From positions 4,464,001 through 4,528,000 of the forward strand of contig JBHGNT010000013.1 in assembly GCA_043228905.1 (NCBI GenBank): a stretch of 64,000 bases of DNA. The letters run 5' to 3'. The stretch comes from Azolla caroliniana (Eukaryota > Plantae > Polypodiophyta). How positions within the stretch are numbered: position 1 is the stretch's first letter; each line of letters begins with the position of its first letter. A program made the position numbers and the translations under genes. Below are positions 35,390 to 46,941 of this stretch, in pieces. A model generated the notes under the pieces. It was not told the DNA's origin. It ran no database searches and saw only the letters and a program-made list of their open reading frames with translations.

Positions 35390-38300
35390 CTACTCATCTG
35401 TCATAGTCGAAGGTACCGGCTCCGTTGTCGGCGTAGGTTCCACAGTTACTTCTTCCCCGCCGGGCCCCGGTTGCTCGAACCCATTCTTTGGCATTGGTCT
35501 GTGGTATAGTTTTAACCGGAAATTGTTCAGCCACTTGTCCAACACATCGCCTGCTAGCGTGCCCAGTTGGTACGAGCCCTTGAATTCTCTTGTTATCCAA
35601 TAGGACCCTATCCACCGGAACCATAGCTTTCCCTGCATTTTGCCCATCTGGGTCTAGAATACTAAGACGGGCTTGCCGATCCCAAAGTCCTCGTTCCCCC
35701 GTCAGTGCCGATCCACGAAAGCTTTTCTTCGTTGTTGCTCAAGTTCTAATTGTAAGATACTTGCTATCCGGTGCTCTTCCAACTTGCACAGCGCCGCTAG
35801 GCGGATTTTCTCTTATTCTTTTTTGCTTAACCGTTCCTGAACCTGTATCCTTAAGCTAGGAATTTGGAATTCCATCGGCATTACCACTTCCAACACGGAC
35901 GCGAACCGGAAGGGTCATGTCCGAATACTCGTTTTGTACGTCGTCCGGTATGCCCATAGCGCGCTTTGTAACTTTGTGTCCCAATTGGTCCGGTTTTCAT
36001 TGATGATCTTCTGGAGAATATTCTATAGTGTCTTCTTGGTGGATTCTGCCAGCCCGTTGGCTTGTGGATAGTCCGGCATGCTCCGTTTATGCACAACCAC
36101 GTAGAATGTTGTCAAGCTTTCCACTATCTAGTCGAGGAAAAGATCACCCTGATCACTAATAAGCTCGATCGGGCAACCGTATCTACACCAAATGTATTCA
36201 TATAAAACTTTTGTTGTCGATGCGGCGGTGTTGTCTCACAAAGCTTTGGCTTCTACCCACTTTGTACAGTAATCGGTCATGACAATAATATACCGGTTTC
36301 CGGTTCACATTGCCGACGGCTTGAATGGTCCTACAAAATCCAAACCCCATTTCTGAAAAGGATCCAATGGCAAGACCGGTTGGTGTGGTATCCGTGCTTG
36401 TTCGATGGGTTGGCCCATCCGTTGACAAAGATCACATTCCTTTGCATATTGGATCACGTCTTTCAAGGTTGTCGGCCACCATAATCCACTTCTCCAAATT
36501 TTTCGTATTGTAGCGTCCCCGGCATAGTGGCCTCCCACCACTCCGCAATGGGCTTCCCATAGGATTGCATCCTTTTCGTCGCTCCGGACTGCGCGTTGCC
36601 ATATTCTGTCGGCTCCCTTGTGGTACAACGTGTCCTGTAATACACAAAAATCACGGCTTTGGACTACCCACCATTTCCGTTCGTCCCGGTTCAATTCGTC
36701 AGGAAGCAATCTGGTGCTCAGGAATTGTTGCATGTTAGTGAGCCATTTATCGTCACCGGCCACAGTTTCGTCTACTATGTTTTCCGCGGTCACCCTAAAT
36801 AGTTGCGCATCCGGAAACTCGTCCCGGACTCCATCTCCTCCTTCACCAGACTCTAACCGGCTCAAATAGTCGGCTACTGCATGTTGCACTCCGGGCCCGT
36901 GGTATATCTCAAATTCAAACTCCTGTAGGAACAATGTCCACCGTGCAAGTTTCCGGTTAAGGTTGCTTTCGAGACCAAGTATAGTAGCGCCGAATGATCC
37001 ACATGGAATGAAAAATTTTGTCCTAGCAGGTAATGGTGGTACTTTGTTACACTATAGATCATCCCCAGGGATTCTCTCTCCGTCGTAGACTAGTTTCGTT
37101 CGGTCTTCGAGAGTTTTTGGCTGGCATAGTATACCAACCGGTACCACCTAGGTTCGGAGAGCTACATGAGAACGCTACCGATTGCTACATCGGACACGTC
37201 CATCAACACATGAAAATCCTTGGTCCAATCTGCAAGTTGCACAACCGGAGCTTGTGACAACATCACCTTCAACGCGTGGTATGCCTTATCTTCTTGCCCC
37301 GTCTATTGGAATGGATTCAATGTACGACCGCATGTAATGGGGTGGCGAAGTCAACCAGATACCGGAGCATCCAGTTGTGCCACCGGATTTGTCCAAAATA
37401 CCGACTTAACGCTTTGGCATTTTCCGGGGCCGGAGGTTCCAAGATGGCCTTTACTTTATCCAGGTTGACCGCAATTCTTTCCCTACTCACGATGTGAACG
37501 AGTAGTGTCCCACTCGTTACTCCAAAAACACAATTTGTCGGGTTTAGGCTCAGCTGGGAACCTCGGCACTTTTCCAGACACATTCGAAGATGGTCCACGT
37601 GTTCTCCCTTCTAGCTATAGACTGTGAAATCGTCTAGAAACACCAGCATAAAGGCCGGAATGTATTCCCCAAATATTTCCATAATGACCCGCTGGAACGT
37701 TGCCGGTGCGTCTTGAGTCCGAACATCATCAGCACCGCGACGAACACTCCCCATTCAGTAACAAATGTCGTTTTCTCCTTATCTGCGGGGTGCATCCGGA
37801 TCTGATTGTATCCGTTAAATCCATCGAGAAAACTATACATCTCATGACCAGGTACTGCGTCTAAGACCACATCCGTAAGTGGTGGCGGAAACCCGTCTGT
37901 CACTGTAGCCGCATTTAACTTCAGTAGTCGACACAATCCTGTATCTTTCCGTTTTTCTTGGGTACAACCACGATCGGGCTTAGCCATGTCTCTTGTTTCA
38001 CCTGTCAGATAAAACTAACTCTAAGCAGCTTATCGATTTCTTCTTTCACTTTCGTCGCATAGTTCGAATTCATCTAGTATCGTCGCTGGGCTACCGGCAT
38101 TGCATGCTTGTTTAGATGGATCTGATGTTGGTACAATTGGGGTGTAATCCTCGCATGTCTTCATATGACCACACAAATACATCCCGAAACTCTTTAAGTA
38201 ATTTCACCATTCGAAATTTTTCTGCCGGTGGCCTTTCTTTCGCGACGTTTACTAGTTTCGGTGTTTCACCGGTCCCAAGGTTTACCTCCTCTAACTGGGA

Positions 38301-38750
38301 TGCCTTCACTCATTGTGAGACCACCATTTCTTGTTCCAAGGATTCCTAGGCTTGCCGTAGTTCCCGAATTGCCTCCAGATCCCGCTCATCCCCGACTTCT
38401 TATGGGTGCACTATATACAGGGCAACAGGCCCAACAACGTCTACTTCGAATAGTGGCACTATCTCTGAATGCTCATTGAGGTTCCGGTCCATGTCCTCCT
38501 CCGCTAGTCCCTCCAGCATATTAATGCTTTCGGCATATAAGGGCATCAGCTTCTTACGTGTGCACGTGCGTGGTTGTGTTGGCATTCATACTTTTGTCTT
38601 GCCCCTTCAGAGGGTAATGATATTTTTCTGCCAGTTTTGCTTGATGTGTGTCGTCCGCAGCCATGGTCGTCCTAACGTCAAGGGATATGTCCTTTGTGCG
38701 TTTAGTTGCAGGACAATTGCGGATATCCGGAATGCATGTCCTTTGATTCT
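35390..38750 (-). pseudogene. Gypsy C pol (protease C-terminus, RT, RNase H, integrase)
   Basis: LGRPWL; YSFLDGFNGYNQIRM; H.VADYLSRL; HCGVVGGH..CDLC; WGLDFVGP; GPY/F-like C-terminus (RWIGSY). Confidence 0.88.
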
Positions 38751-40431
38751 TTCCCTTCTGGTTGTGGTAGCGGTGGTTCTGGTTCCCTAGACATTCCGGG
38801 TACCTTCTATCCTGATCGGGGTACTCCCGTCGTTCCGAGTATCATCTCTCGTCTCTTCTACGGTCATAATCTGGGGAATAGTCGCGATCGTAACACTCTC
38901 GATTGTAGTCTCCTCCTCGCCGGTAGTTGCGTTCTTCATCGTAATCCTCTCTTCTTATTTCGTCATACCGGTCCCTTTGTTCCTGTCAATATCAATCTTC
39001 CCTCCGGAATCGTCCCTCTTATGGTTGTTGTTCACTCCGGGGCTCCATGTGTCAGACTAGTGCCGCTTGTCGGTTGAGCAGGTTGTACTCGCACAGGTCC
39101 ATCGTATGGGACCGGGAGTGGCACAACATGCACTGTGTCCGCATCGTGCATTCTAAAATCAAGTGACCTGGGTTGAGGCACGTTGTACATTGGACTACCT
39201 GTCGGAACCGTAAGTCCTCTTCCTTGGGTAGCGCTTACTGTAAAGCTCCCATCTCCATGTGATTGCTCTACTGAGCCCTATCCATTTCTAGCATCCAGTC
39301 CATGGTGCTTGTCCAGAAGTCGAATACTGTTAGCATCGTTCGTAGCGGTTCCCGGAGTGCGGCCAAAAAGACCGCTTTTCCCTCATCTTCCGGAGCTGCC
39401 CTTGTAAGCTCGTTGTGCAGGGTCTGAAAGCGGCACGAATTGATGCGGAAGCGAACGTATATGCTTTTCTATAAACATGGGAAGCGAACCATGTCTCGCA
39501 CCGGCTAACAAAAGCAAAGGTCGAATGATCAAAGATAGCTGAGTTCAGGATGACATTGGAGGGACCAACGACAAACTGGCACAAGAAGCACCTTCCCGGG
39601 AGCTTCACCACATTTGAAGTTTTGCAGGATAAGTTCCTACGATTGTTTCACCGAAAGGTGCTTCTTGTGCAAAACTTATCCAGTTCATCCTGGTGCTTCA
39701 GGTATGGGTATGGCATGGTGTCGTCGGCGAAGGGTAGTACCACCTCTTCATTTTTCGCCTTTGTGTTCAATGGTTGCGTTGGTACGCTATCGTTCGTGTT
39801 CTTGGATTGTTGATCCAGTGGTGGTGTGGATATGCTCCCGGCCTTTTTCTCTGACCGCTAGTCTTCGTTTGTTTCGTAATGTTTCTTGTTTGGATAAACA
39901 TTTAATGGTTTTGAAATCAATTATAGAGTTGCTCTTTCATCTCATTTATGAAAATCTTGACTAGGTTATATGATAATATTAACAAAATGTTATGACGTGT
40001 AGAGTAAATCTTAACCCGATTTGAGTGTACGATGATGTTGAAAGGTAAATCCGTTCGTAATTAAGTTAATTAATTTTTATATTCGAACCTTTTGTTTGAT
40101 TTCATTCTACAAGATTCTTGGCACATTGATATAGCCACAATGTGGGATGCCAGGGTTTAGCGTAGTCCAAACAACCAATCATTTCCATAACATGGCACAA
40201 GAGAATGATTATGTTTCATTCAATATAAGTAAAGATGAATATATTTTCAATGCATTATAAATTTATTAATAGAATTACATATGATCAACCAAAAACCAAA
40301 AGAAAGATTATTTATAGCATGTATTAGCATGCAGATTAAGCACTAATACAAAATTTGTTATGTTGATGTAGCATACAAGATTGCTATGTGGCATTGCGCG
40401 AAATGTTTTGTGAGTTATGAAATGTGAATTC

Positions 40432-43400
40432 TTAAGATTTCCAATATTGGTTAGAGAGCCAAAGAGAATCTGCTGCGACACCTAGGTTGTCTTGGTTGCG
40501 GTGCCAAGAATAATATGCATGTGTCCTATTCTTTATGTCAAGAAGGCCATGCCCATAGCTAGCTTCGCGATATGCAGAATATGCAGGTTGAGGCTCTGTG
40601 AACCTATTAAAAAAGCACACAATAACTCATGCATCACAAAAGTAATATTTTATATCGAAAGAACACATTTTGTGGCAAAGAAACATATTCCAAAGCACAA
40701 GATTACTTGTCAGAGAGACCGTCAGCACCACCATCTCCAAGGACTACATAAACTGGTGCAGATGGGTTAGGTTGTGGGGTACACATCCCATTAGTAATGT
40801 TGTAATTTATGTTGGAGAAGCGATACTAAACACAACATTTAAATAATTAGTTAATATCCAATTCAAATACCTAGAAATTTAGTCTTGAAATGTGTTGTCC
40901 TTACCTAGGGAATAGTTGTAGTATTATTCTTGATATTTTGCCTAACAAACTCTCTGAATGTAAAATCAAAACAAAAGCATAAAAGAATATCTAAAGTTAT
41001 ACTTACTGATCTTTCATATGCATGACAATGGCCGGCGAACACAATGTCAACCTTAGCTTGCACGAACCATGCTTCGAATTGAACTCGCATGGTTTCACCC
41101 TCCATATAATGATCCTCATTGCTATTGTACAAGGGTGAATGCATCAAAACAATAAGCCATGGAGTCTTTGTCCTATCAACGGAGCTCAGCTCCTTCTTTA
41201 GCCATACGTATTGAGGAGTATATTTTCCTATACAAATATGAGCTCAAGAATGTGAGTGTTGCCTTAATCAACTTTCCCCGAGAAAGTGAAACTAGAATAA
41301 TAGAGTGTACTTACCGAATGCCGAGTAAGAAGAAAGAACGATAATATGGGCTGATGCTCTCTTGATGGAGTACCATAATTGTGATGTACTATTTGAGGCT
41401 TTATAGGGCACACGATAGCGGTTCAAATATACCTTGAATGGAGTATTCTCTCCCTAATGGATAAAATGAAATTGAAAAGAGTGACATGTCATCTAGACTT
41501 TACTCAAAAAACAGAGAGAGTCGGTATGTAATCAATGACTTTCAAACTAACCACATCAAAGAGAAGATCAATCTCATGGTTGCCTGCAGTCCAGATCCAA
41601 GGTTGGTAAGCCGTGCTTCGTTCGACAAAGCGGCCCCATGTATCCCATCGGTTGTGGTCATGGAAAGGATAAGTGTCAGCATAGGAAAAGTCACCTACAA
41701 ATAGAAGTGTTTGACCTTTTCCTCGCACGTAGCGGTCAAGTGTTCTATTAGAATCAAATGTTTGTCCAAGGTCACCTATTTAAACAATCATTTGAGTAAT
41801 TACCATAAATGAGAACAAGAATTGAATAGCAAAAGTGATATATTTTGTAATTAGTTTCCTTTAAAATTCCCTTTTTTATCATGACTATATCAATGTCAAC
41901 ACATGAATTAACCATAAGATCTTTCCCAAAGTCAATCATGATGTGCAAATTATTCATCACAATCTTTATTGCATGCTAGTACTATCACATCTTCAATATC
42001 CAAACGTTTATAATTTGGCATTGTGTTGATACTCTTTAGTGTTTTCAATCCATCATTGCATACCTTAGATAATGTCAATTGTAAACATAATGCCCAATAT
42101 CTCAAAGAGATGGACCATCTAGATTGAAGTTTGTTTTTATTCAAGAAGTAATTAATCGAGACCATCATGATACAAGCAATGTAGGTTGTTAATATTCTAG
42201 GTTTCATGCAACATATCTTGGAATAGTTTAGATTTCATGGAATATAGCTTGTTAATGCTCTATTTTTTCAAATAGATTTTCTCTTATATGAGTGGAAGGA
42301 TTGTCCTCACTTTTTGGGTTATTTTAGTAACAATAGCATTCACACATCAATTATTTAAGAGTTGAACCTTGACCACTAGTATATGGGAATGATCATCCTA
42401 TGCACATGGGGACTATCCAATAAGTTTAGTTTATTATGTCATTCTACTAAAGGCAAGAACCCCATCAAAGTTTAGAGACCGAGAAAACAAAATGAATGAA
42501 AATAAATAGGACTTAAGATACTTTATCACATTTCACCAAAGAAGTTTCTAAGAAATGGTTGCCATTTCATAGTACCAATTATTCCAAAAGTGTAGGGAAC
42601 ATCAGGTCCAACTGGTGGAGGTGTCTGAAACGAAAACTCACGAGCAGAGGCTCCCTCCCCTAGTTTGTAGTAATATTTGGTGTTAGGCTGCAAAAATAGT
42701 ATAAGCAAACATTAAACAAAAGACTGTTAAGAATATCTATATCTTAGTAATCACCTAAATTTATATGTATATGTACACACCTTGAGGTTATCAATTCTAC
42801 AATGATGAATAAACCCAGATGTGTAGTTGTAATATGTGTATGTTAGGACGTCAGCTTTTTTACTCTTAGAGTACTTTCCAGAGTTGAGACCATATTGGAC
42901 AAGATTAGATCCGGGTTTTGAAGGTGTAATCCATGATATATAGACTGCTTCTCCAATGTGATCTCCTTGTGTGATATGGACCTACATCCGAAAAGATTTT
43001 CACCTTGATATTATTGTATTGCCACATTGTAGGAAAGTTTTGTTCATTATGATTCCAGAGTGTATGTAGGTTCTAGAAATTGAATTTGGTATGTTCATTA
43101 TGATGGGAGGCCATACCGTGAAAACTATTAAACGAGCAAAAAATGGGAGATGTTCATTCATGAAGAAAGAAAACAACATGAATTGGTATGTGATAGAGAA
43201 GGTTTTCCACAAAAAAAATGGCCATGCTTAATTGATATGGATCTTATTATCTATAATCAACATAATGGTTATGTTCTAATTACAAAATTTGTTTTGCTCA
43301 ATGACAAGAATATTATCTCTACCCATCCAAACACAAAAATCTAGTATACAATTCAATGAGGTCTAGTAATACAATTAAGTGTACCAACACGCCATGAAAG

Positions 43401-43717
43401 AATTAAAAAGTATATGAATGAATTATAAGCTCCAAATGTTCAAGTTTTTTTTGTAAGAAAACAAATTATAAATATTTACACGCAACAATCCATTATAACA
43501 TTAAGAATTCAAGATTTGTTGCCTGTTGTGGAGCATTGTAGCCATTGGGCACTTTGAAAACATCACTATCCAAGGGCATGTCCCCAGGATATACTTCTAA
43601 TTTGCGTTCGATCTTTGAGCTTGTCACTCCACCATCGATGCATAGTGTGAAAGCAGAGACCAATAATATTACATTAAACATGGTCACAACAAGATTAAGG
43701 TTCGCAATGCTTGTCAT
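40432..43717 (-). CDS. PAP: Purple acid phosphatase, high-MW secreted type (PAP10/12/26-like), 8 exons, 460 aa, intact
   Basis: Exons 43717-43523, 42981-42781, 42687-42576, 41775-41552, 41453-41315, 41227-41007, 40825-40707, 40603-40432 splice in frame (1383 nt). Metal-binding motifs GDLG, GDFSY, GNHE, VLMH, GHCH; hydrophobic N-terminal signal. Confidence 0.95.
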
Positions 43718-44339
43718 ACTTATAGTTGTCCCTGAAACCTATTGCACGAAATGGATTATAAATAGAACGTCAATAAAATATCTCTCTCTGACTCTCAAAA
43801 AAGAAGATCTTACCCTATGCATAAGAAGATGATGATGGACAAGTTGTCATAATGAGTGAGGGTGTCACTTATAAATAGATAGTACATCAAAGTATTATTT
43901 AATTCATTTATTTATTTCCATTTGCATTGGAGAGCATATATATGAGTTATTCATGGAATATACTAAAAAATGCAAACTCTTATTAATTTAATTTCCACAT
44001 AGAAGCAAAGACTATGCCAAAGTTATATTATAAAAGGGTATTTAGATCGTGGTTTACGTATGACATAGACTTTAAGAAAATTCATATCGTATATTCCAAA
44101 TTCGATTTAAAATCCTTGAGTTGTGGATAATATATTCGACTTCATGTCAACCCAAATTATTTTTCTTTCACCAAACGCCTTCAATTAACCCCCAGTAGAG
44201 TGGAAAGGCAATGAATCACTATATCATTATTCAAATAATATAAGGAACAACTTTGAGAGGGGGTTTACAAAGGGACATTTAAGGAAATTGCAAACATTTA
44301 GGAAATAAATGAAAATTGTATATTACCAAAATACACAAT

Positions 44340-45092
44340 AATGATAATTGAAGTTTTCGTACATCATCACTCTCTGACAATCATGTTTTCACCATCAAGA
44401 GTTGAGTACACATATAATTAAGAATGTGCATGCACCGATATTGTACAAAAGAAGAAAATAGGTTACCTTGTACTAGGATTGATAGTTATCCAGGGAGAAG
44501 GACTTGTGGAGAGGCCATTAACACAAAGTTACAAAATGGGAAAGGAACCATTCAAATCATGTGTCCAAATTATGACTCAAAATCATGTATATAATTACTA
44601 TAAGTATAACTTTAAGGACCAACAACTGATTGCAAATTTGACTGATAACCGACTCGACTAATAGCTGAATCGACCGAAGCCAACTAAGGGCTATACTTGT
44701 AAATAGCCCTAATGTGGCTATTGTGGGGTATATGTAAATAGTCATATATGAACATGGGAATGCTGGTACTGTGGCAAAAGAGCAATATGATTATCAATGG
44801 GTAATTATGTGTGTAAAGAGTTGATTAAGTGTGTTGCAAGAGAGTGTGAGTGTTGTAGTTGTCTACAAGACGAAGTAGAGCTCAAGGTCGTTGCTTTAGA
44901 GTTTCTTGTACTCTCCTCATATAATGATTTTGTTTGGAGTTTGTGGACTCCCGTGGTTTTTCCCTTTCCGGGCTTTCCACGATAACATCTTGTCTCGTTG
45001 TTTGTGCCTTTTCAGTTTTCTATCTTTTTTTGGCCATTGTCTTCTCTCATTTTGTACTAGGGAACTGATTGTGGTCGGCCTCATTTCGAACA
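44340..45092 (+). mobile_element. Old Copia 3'-end remnant with LTR (44505-45092) between the PAP genes
   Basis: Purine tract AGGGAGAAGGA then TGTGGAG..CGAACA; GGCTATACTTGTAAATAGCC and CCGTGGTTTTTCCC..TTTCCACG motifs shared with other Copia LTRs. Confidence 0.7.
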
Positions 45093-46362
45093 AATGCAAT
45101 ATGGTGTAAACATAACCTTAGGGACTAACTCTAAAGCTAATTTTAATATTAGGGTAGCACAAAAAGAAAACTTGTTTTCCTAGGACATGGGACAAACCGA
45201 TAAGAACTGATGACACGTGGGAACATGTGGTGATGATGTGGATTATGCAAAGAAAGAAAAACATGAAAAGGCCAAGTTTTTCTCGAGACTATGGTCAAGG
45301 TTATCATTGGAAGAGAAATAGAAAATTTGCAAAATAACAAGGGATAAATCAAATGGTAAGATCTAGTCTTTGAACTCTAATACATAATTGATGGTGAGGA
45401 AACATGTTACCCTTTCTTACTTTGCTTTTGCTCTATATACCTAGCGTTATGAACCCTTAAACCATTAAAACTAGCTTTAGAATTGGTCCTCAATGGATCA
45501 ATTCTCCCCTTATAGGAAGGGACACACCATACCATGTGCCTGGTCACAATGGCTATCTTATGATAGTTGTCAAACTAGCTAGCCTTGGGTTCTTTTCTTT
45601 ACGTTTGCTTCCAAGCAATGTTTACATTCAATAGTGAGCTCAAACTGGCCATTGTATTAGGGTATGGAATATATTTTCCCAATCTTTTATAAGCTGACAA
45701 GCTTCCATATGTACATTGAAGATTTTATTTCCCATTAAATCTATATCCATGGATCTCCCTTTCAACATGTCTATCTACAATTCATAATTGTTTTTAAAGC
45801 CTTCTTAGTTTATTGCTCTAATTCATTCCCTCTATGAAATATAAAGGCCTTTGCTTGAATAATCTAGAGATCCCCACCAAGTATGCCTTATCCCCATGAG
45901 TGATGATCTTTTCTCCTTTTCCTTATCTCAATGGTTCTTATATTTTGATACCACTCTTTTCCAATGATTTACTTTGGTGCTTATAATTTCATATCAATAC
46001 GAAAGTCAATATGTGTCCAAAACATTATTTAACCATGGATTTAAACAATTATACCTATGAACATTTTACTAATAGCTATATACTAAGCACGGATTTAAAT
46101 AAATACATATATGACAATTTCACTAGTAGCTAACTTATTAGAGAACATATACTTGTGGGAATCGAATGCTCATCCACTCAAATTTTCTTCCTTTTAACAT
46201 AACTCCATATCATATTTATGTGTAAGCTTTGTATAAAACATAAAACAACAACTAACATAGAAACATTGAATATAATATCACCTCATATTTTCTAAACCAT
46301 GTGCGTCACATGATACACGAGTTTATGCATGGGAAGTTGTGATCCCTTGAGGAAAATAAAGT

Positions 46363-46579
46363 TATTTTGTTCATAAGAATAGGAGTAATTCCCGTAAAAT
46401 AAACATGTTAATCTAGACATTTTGTGCCCACGATTGATCCAATTTCTTGGGATCTTATATAACTTAAACCAAGCTATTTTGTTCATAAGAATAGGAGTAA
46501 TTCCTGTAAAATAAACATGTTAATGTAGACCTTTTGTGCCCATGATTGATCCAATATCTTGGGATCTTACATAACTTAA
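46363..46579. repeat. Tandem duplication, 2 x 112 bp
   Basis: TATTTTGTTCATAAGAATAGGAG.. starts at 46363 and 46475. Confidence 0.92.
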
Positions 46580-46941
46580 TTGCAAGGTTCCATTACTTCA
46601 GGGATTCTTATATAAATTTACCATTAAATTTTTTGTATTCTTACATACAAAAATATCCAAATATCATACACCTTTAATTGTTTGACCATTCTATTCAAAT
46701 GAACGTTTTGTACAAGGGTATAAACACATCATCACTTCAAAATGAGATAATGAGTATTCATAACTTACAAGATGACAAAGTTATTCCCAACAATGAAGTT
46801 TTATTATCGCTTCTCATGGAACATAATTAATATGCGAGCAATGTTCACATGTTAACATAACATCCGAGATTATATAAAAGATTGTTTGGAATCATTGTTG
46901 TTGTAATTTGTTGAGTCATAGTAGCTCATAAAAATGAAGAC

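Larger units (their letters stand above)
17025..39900 (-). mobile_element. Gypsy C: old Athila/Tat-like (non-chromovirus) element, the outer host of Gypsy A, Gypsy B and Copia C
   Basis: Own sequence at 17025-17866, 28713-29974 and 35275-~39900: gag, RT (YSFLDGFNGYNQI, VFLDDF), RNase H, integrase (FQKWGLDFVGP) and a 3' extra ORF. No LTR recognised; the right boundary is approximate. Confidence 0.8.

Noticed and set aside
46150-46180. B-box-like GGGAATCGAA (possible SINE/tRNA remnant)
   Set aside because: No A box, tail or TSD recognisable.
43830-46900. Short ORFs between the PAP genes
   Set aside because: AT-rich, no recognisable motifs or exon structure.
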